The notes under the pieces: model-generated
Databases searched by the model: none
The model's input: the letters and a program-made list of their open reading frames with translations, nothing else
Told to the model about the DNA's origin: nothing
Assembly (NCBI GenBank): GCA_964016885.1
Contig: OZ024743.1
Coordinates: 370,140,001 to 370,204,000, forward strand
Direction: 5' to 3'
DNA length: 64,000 nucleotides
Origin: Eledone cirrhosa
Taxonomy: Eukaryota
Part shown: positions 61,001 to 64,000 of the stretch, piece by piece
Numbering within the stretch: the first letter of the stretch is position 1
How the letters are laid out: the number at the start of each line of letters is the position of its first letter
Program-made: the position numbers and the translations under genes

Positions 61001-64000
61001 GTCGGGAAAGACGCGTTCAGCTTCCAGTAAACGGGTCCTTGTCTATGAAGTCTGCCTATGTCGATCTCACAGATCACAAACTTGTGGTCTGTGTAGTCAA
61101 CTATTTTAAATTGTGGACAACTTATACTAGCATTATCTAGTTCTCTGCAGAATACCCTATCGAGATACGATCTGGATAACCCGATGTGGTTTGTCCATGT
61201 CCACATTGGCACATTCGGGTGATCCAGTCGATATCTGTCAGACAGTTCAAAACGTCTGAGCAGGTTGGTGAGGCTCTTGCACCCTCCTCCACTATCCACT
61301 ACCCCCACACAATCCCAGCGTTCATCCAAGATACCGTTCCAGTCGCTCACTAACACTAAAGAGCGGGAAGTTCCAAGAAAGATCTCTAGACGTCTGAAGA
61401 AATCTGGCCGTCCTGTCCCTGTCGGGGCATAGACGGCTACTAGCCTGAAAGCGTTGCCTTCGGTGCCCCTTACCTTCAGCACCATCGACTTACCTTCTGG
61501 GTCCAGGAAGATGGTCTTTATGGCGAGACCCAAGCCTTTCCAAAACAATACAGCCACTCCGCCCCCCGCTCCCGGACGGCTCTGAGATGCATACACCTCG
61601 TAACCGTCGAAGATCGGTGCGAAAGCTTGCGTTTCGGAGATTCTCGTCACGCTGATGGCCACCACATCTATGTATAGTGACCTGAGGTCGTTAAGCAAGT
61701 GACCCTGCTTCCAAACCGAGCTCAAGCCACACACGTTTACACTTCCGATCCTGTATACGGCAATGTTGGATGAGGAACGGGGCAAGTGAGAAAGGATCAC
61801 TTACCTTGATCGTCTGGTGAAGGGACCGTTGAATCGTCCCTTCGGCTGGTCGTCGGCTCTTCTGTGAGTATATCCGAGTATACTCTCCGATTGAGTGTCC
61901 CTCCTAGGTCTCTGAAATCACCAACTGCGTTGGGGAATTTCATTTTAATGTTAGTGTATTGTTTCTGTGATATTCTTACCAGTCTTATGTTCGTTGGTGT
62001 TTTGATTGGTGCTGGTATTATGTAGTCGTGCTGTGAAATGTCTGTGTTCAATTATGTAAGTCATTAGTTTCTTGTTGTGCATTTCTTTTTCTGGGAGTGG
62101 GGTGTGGTTCTGCTATTTTCATATCGTTGTTGCTAGGTGTGTGTCTTTTGTTGTTGTGTTTGCGATGTTGGTGCTTGTGGTGGTGTTGTTGAAGGTGTTG
62201 TTGTTGGCGGTGGTGTTGCCGCCGGTGGTGATGGTGGTGCTAGTGTGGGTGGTGATGGTGTTGGTGGTGTTGCTGCTATAAGTCTCTTTGCAGTAGCCTT
62301 CACCCTTTTTTCATTTCTTCCCTCCCTTTTCGAAGGCGACGATGCGCTGCTTCTGCGTTTGTGCCTCCTTGCGATCTTTTGCCATCCCTCTCCCACCTCA
62401 CACTCCATGTCCGATTCTGTGAGGTCGGGGAGGGGTACCAGCTCCACTCTTTCACTTGTTCTTGTTGGTGATGGTTGCAGTGGAGTCTCTGTTGCAGCTG
62501 CAGTTGGTATTACTATTGTTGTCGTAAATACTTCCACTGCGGCTGCTGTTCTTGTTTTCCGTGGCGTGGGTATAGGTGCCACGGACCATCCTTCCTGCTT
62601 GCTGCCTGTCCTGTTGCTGGTAACAGTGGGGCCGGTTTCGGAAGGAGGGGGGGGGTCTCCTTTCTCAGGGTCTTCTCATTGCAGAAGGCCCTGAGGTGAG
62701 TCTTCGACCCACAGCGAAAGCATTTCGGGCGTTTGCACTCAATACTTATGGGAGGTTGAGTGCCGTTATCGAAGTCTATCATTTCTGGGATAGCTACGTG
62801 CACTCCTGGTTGATTTGAATTAACATCTCAATGGAGGCGCCGACCCAATCTTCACTTACTTTTTTCTGTACTTGCAGTACGGTTGTTTTGTCCTCGATTC
62901 CGACGAGGACAGACGCGGCCAGCCAAGAAGAGGCCATCCCGAGGGGGACTTGGGTCAGTTTGACCCTCACAAATTTTTTCCTGCAGTAGGAGGGCACCAA
63001 CACCATTTCCTCGCTCCTTAGGGTTACTAAGGATTGAGCCTTTGCCTCCTGGGCTATGGCAAAAAGCACGTCCACGGTGGCATATTTCTTGCCTCGGGTG
63101 ATATGCGTTTTCCACTGCCACACTTGAGCCTCTGTAGCTCTTTCAACCCTACGTGATTTTGAGCTTACTCTACGGTACGTGACCATACAGTGCTGTTGGG
63201 TTTCGAAAAATGTTCGGCTTCCTTGCAGATTGCTCGGTGTCCGGTTTTCATCACCATCTTCCTTGCTTCCTGTAATTCCACAGTTGAGGAATTACAGGAA
63301 GCAAGGAAGATACCTGCAAACGATATTGGTTTTTCTTTCTTGTTGTTGTTGTCGTGAGAGCTGCTGTTACTTTTGTTGTTACTGCTGGTACTACGACCGC
63401 CACCGCCGCTGTTGTTGCTGTTGTTGTTGTTGTTGTTTCTGTTGCTGTTGCTGCTGCTGCTGCTGTTGTTGTTTATGCTGCTGCTGATGTTGTTGCGGCT
63501 GCTACTATATTTTTCTCGCCACCGTTGCTACTGCTGCTGTTATTACGGCTGCTGCTGCTATTCTTCATGACGCCAGACGAATGAAATGGCTCTCCGTATT
63601 TACCGCACACATCTTTCGTTGACGTCGTTGTAGAGAAATGTTTCCACGGCACGCGCGTTTTCTTGATGAAGAACGCTACGAGAAACTACACATTTTATAT
63701 CTTTAATGGCGTCGCTTGCGACAGAGGCGACACCACATTTAGAGAAGGGGGGGGAGAGAGAGAAAATCTTTTCTCTGATGTAATGACGATTGTGGAAGAA
63801 GAAGACGGAAGGAGTGGGAGTGACTTGTGAAAATTCTTTTTTGTAGCCATGTTTTTTACGGTTTAAAATGAATATTGGGCACAAATCCTAAATAACCGCT
63901 TATTTAACCCCGAAGGGCCAAATAACGGGCAGAAAGACCCCTCTCACGAGGAGGAGGGTGTCTTTATCTACAATTTGGTTCAAGTTTTAAACAATTTATA
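58057..64000 (-). mobile_element. L1/Tx1-like LINE (family C), frameshifted; the 5' UTR runs to the window edge
   Basis: ORF2 pieces 58364-61770 (APE: GSVNVCGL, VYAP, YLDR, YTDH; RT: GKSPGLD, LDQSKAFDR). ORF1 pieces 61797-63850 with RPKCFRCGSKTHLRAFC. 3' end AATAAAGAAATC plus TTA-type tail 58038-58056. Confidence 0.92.

Overview
Eukaryotic, repeat-saturated DNA with no recognisable host gene. It is probably cephalopod (octopus-like), inferred from the SINE family and microsatellite content. Bases 1-31165 form an almost uninterrupted chain of about 11 non-LTR retroelements, mostly joined through (TAA)n tracts, with a strict orientation rule. Every L1/Tx1-like LINE (ORF1 with CCHC knuckle; ORF2 APE-RT-zf) and a SINE lie on the minus strand. 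Every R4/Dong-like LINE (RT-CCHC-restriction-like endonuclease) lies on the plus strand. Two unrelated endonuclease classes therefore appear to share one microsatellite from opposite strands. The Tx1-like families also share a small stem-loop (CUUGU-type loop) at the 3' end, in the 5' UTR just before ORF1, and in the SINE tail, plus a perfect AG|GTAAGT at the ORF1 stop. One R4-like element starts with an HDV-like pseudoknot candidate. Bases 31.6-54 kb are a (TA)n/(TG)n landscape holding Penelope-like elements (RT + GIY-YIG), hammerhead ribozyme motifs with covariation, long foldback palindromes, a ~1 kb duplication flanking one Penelope, and CR1, RTE and SINE remnants. A further Tx1-like LINE runs from 58057 to the window end. 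Coordinates were read by eye and element ends may be off by a few bases.
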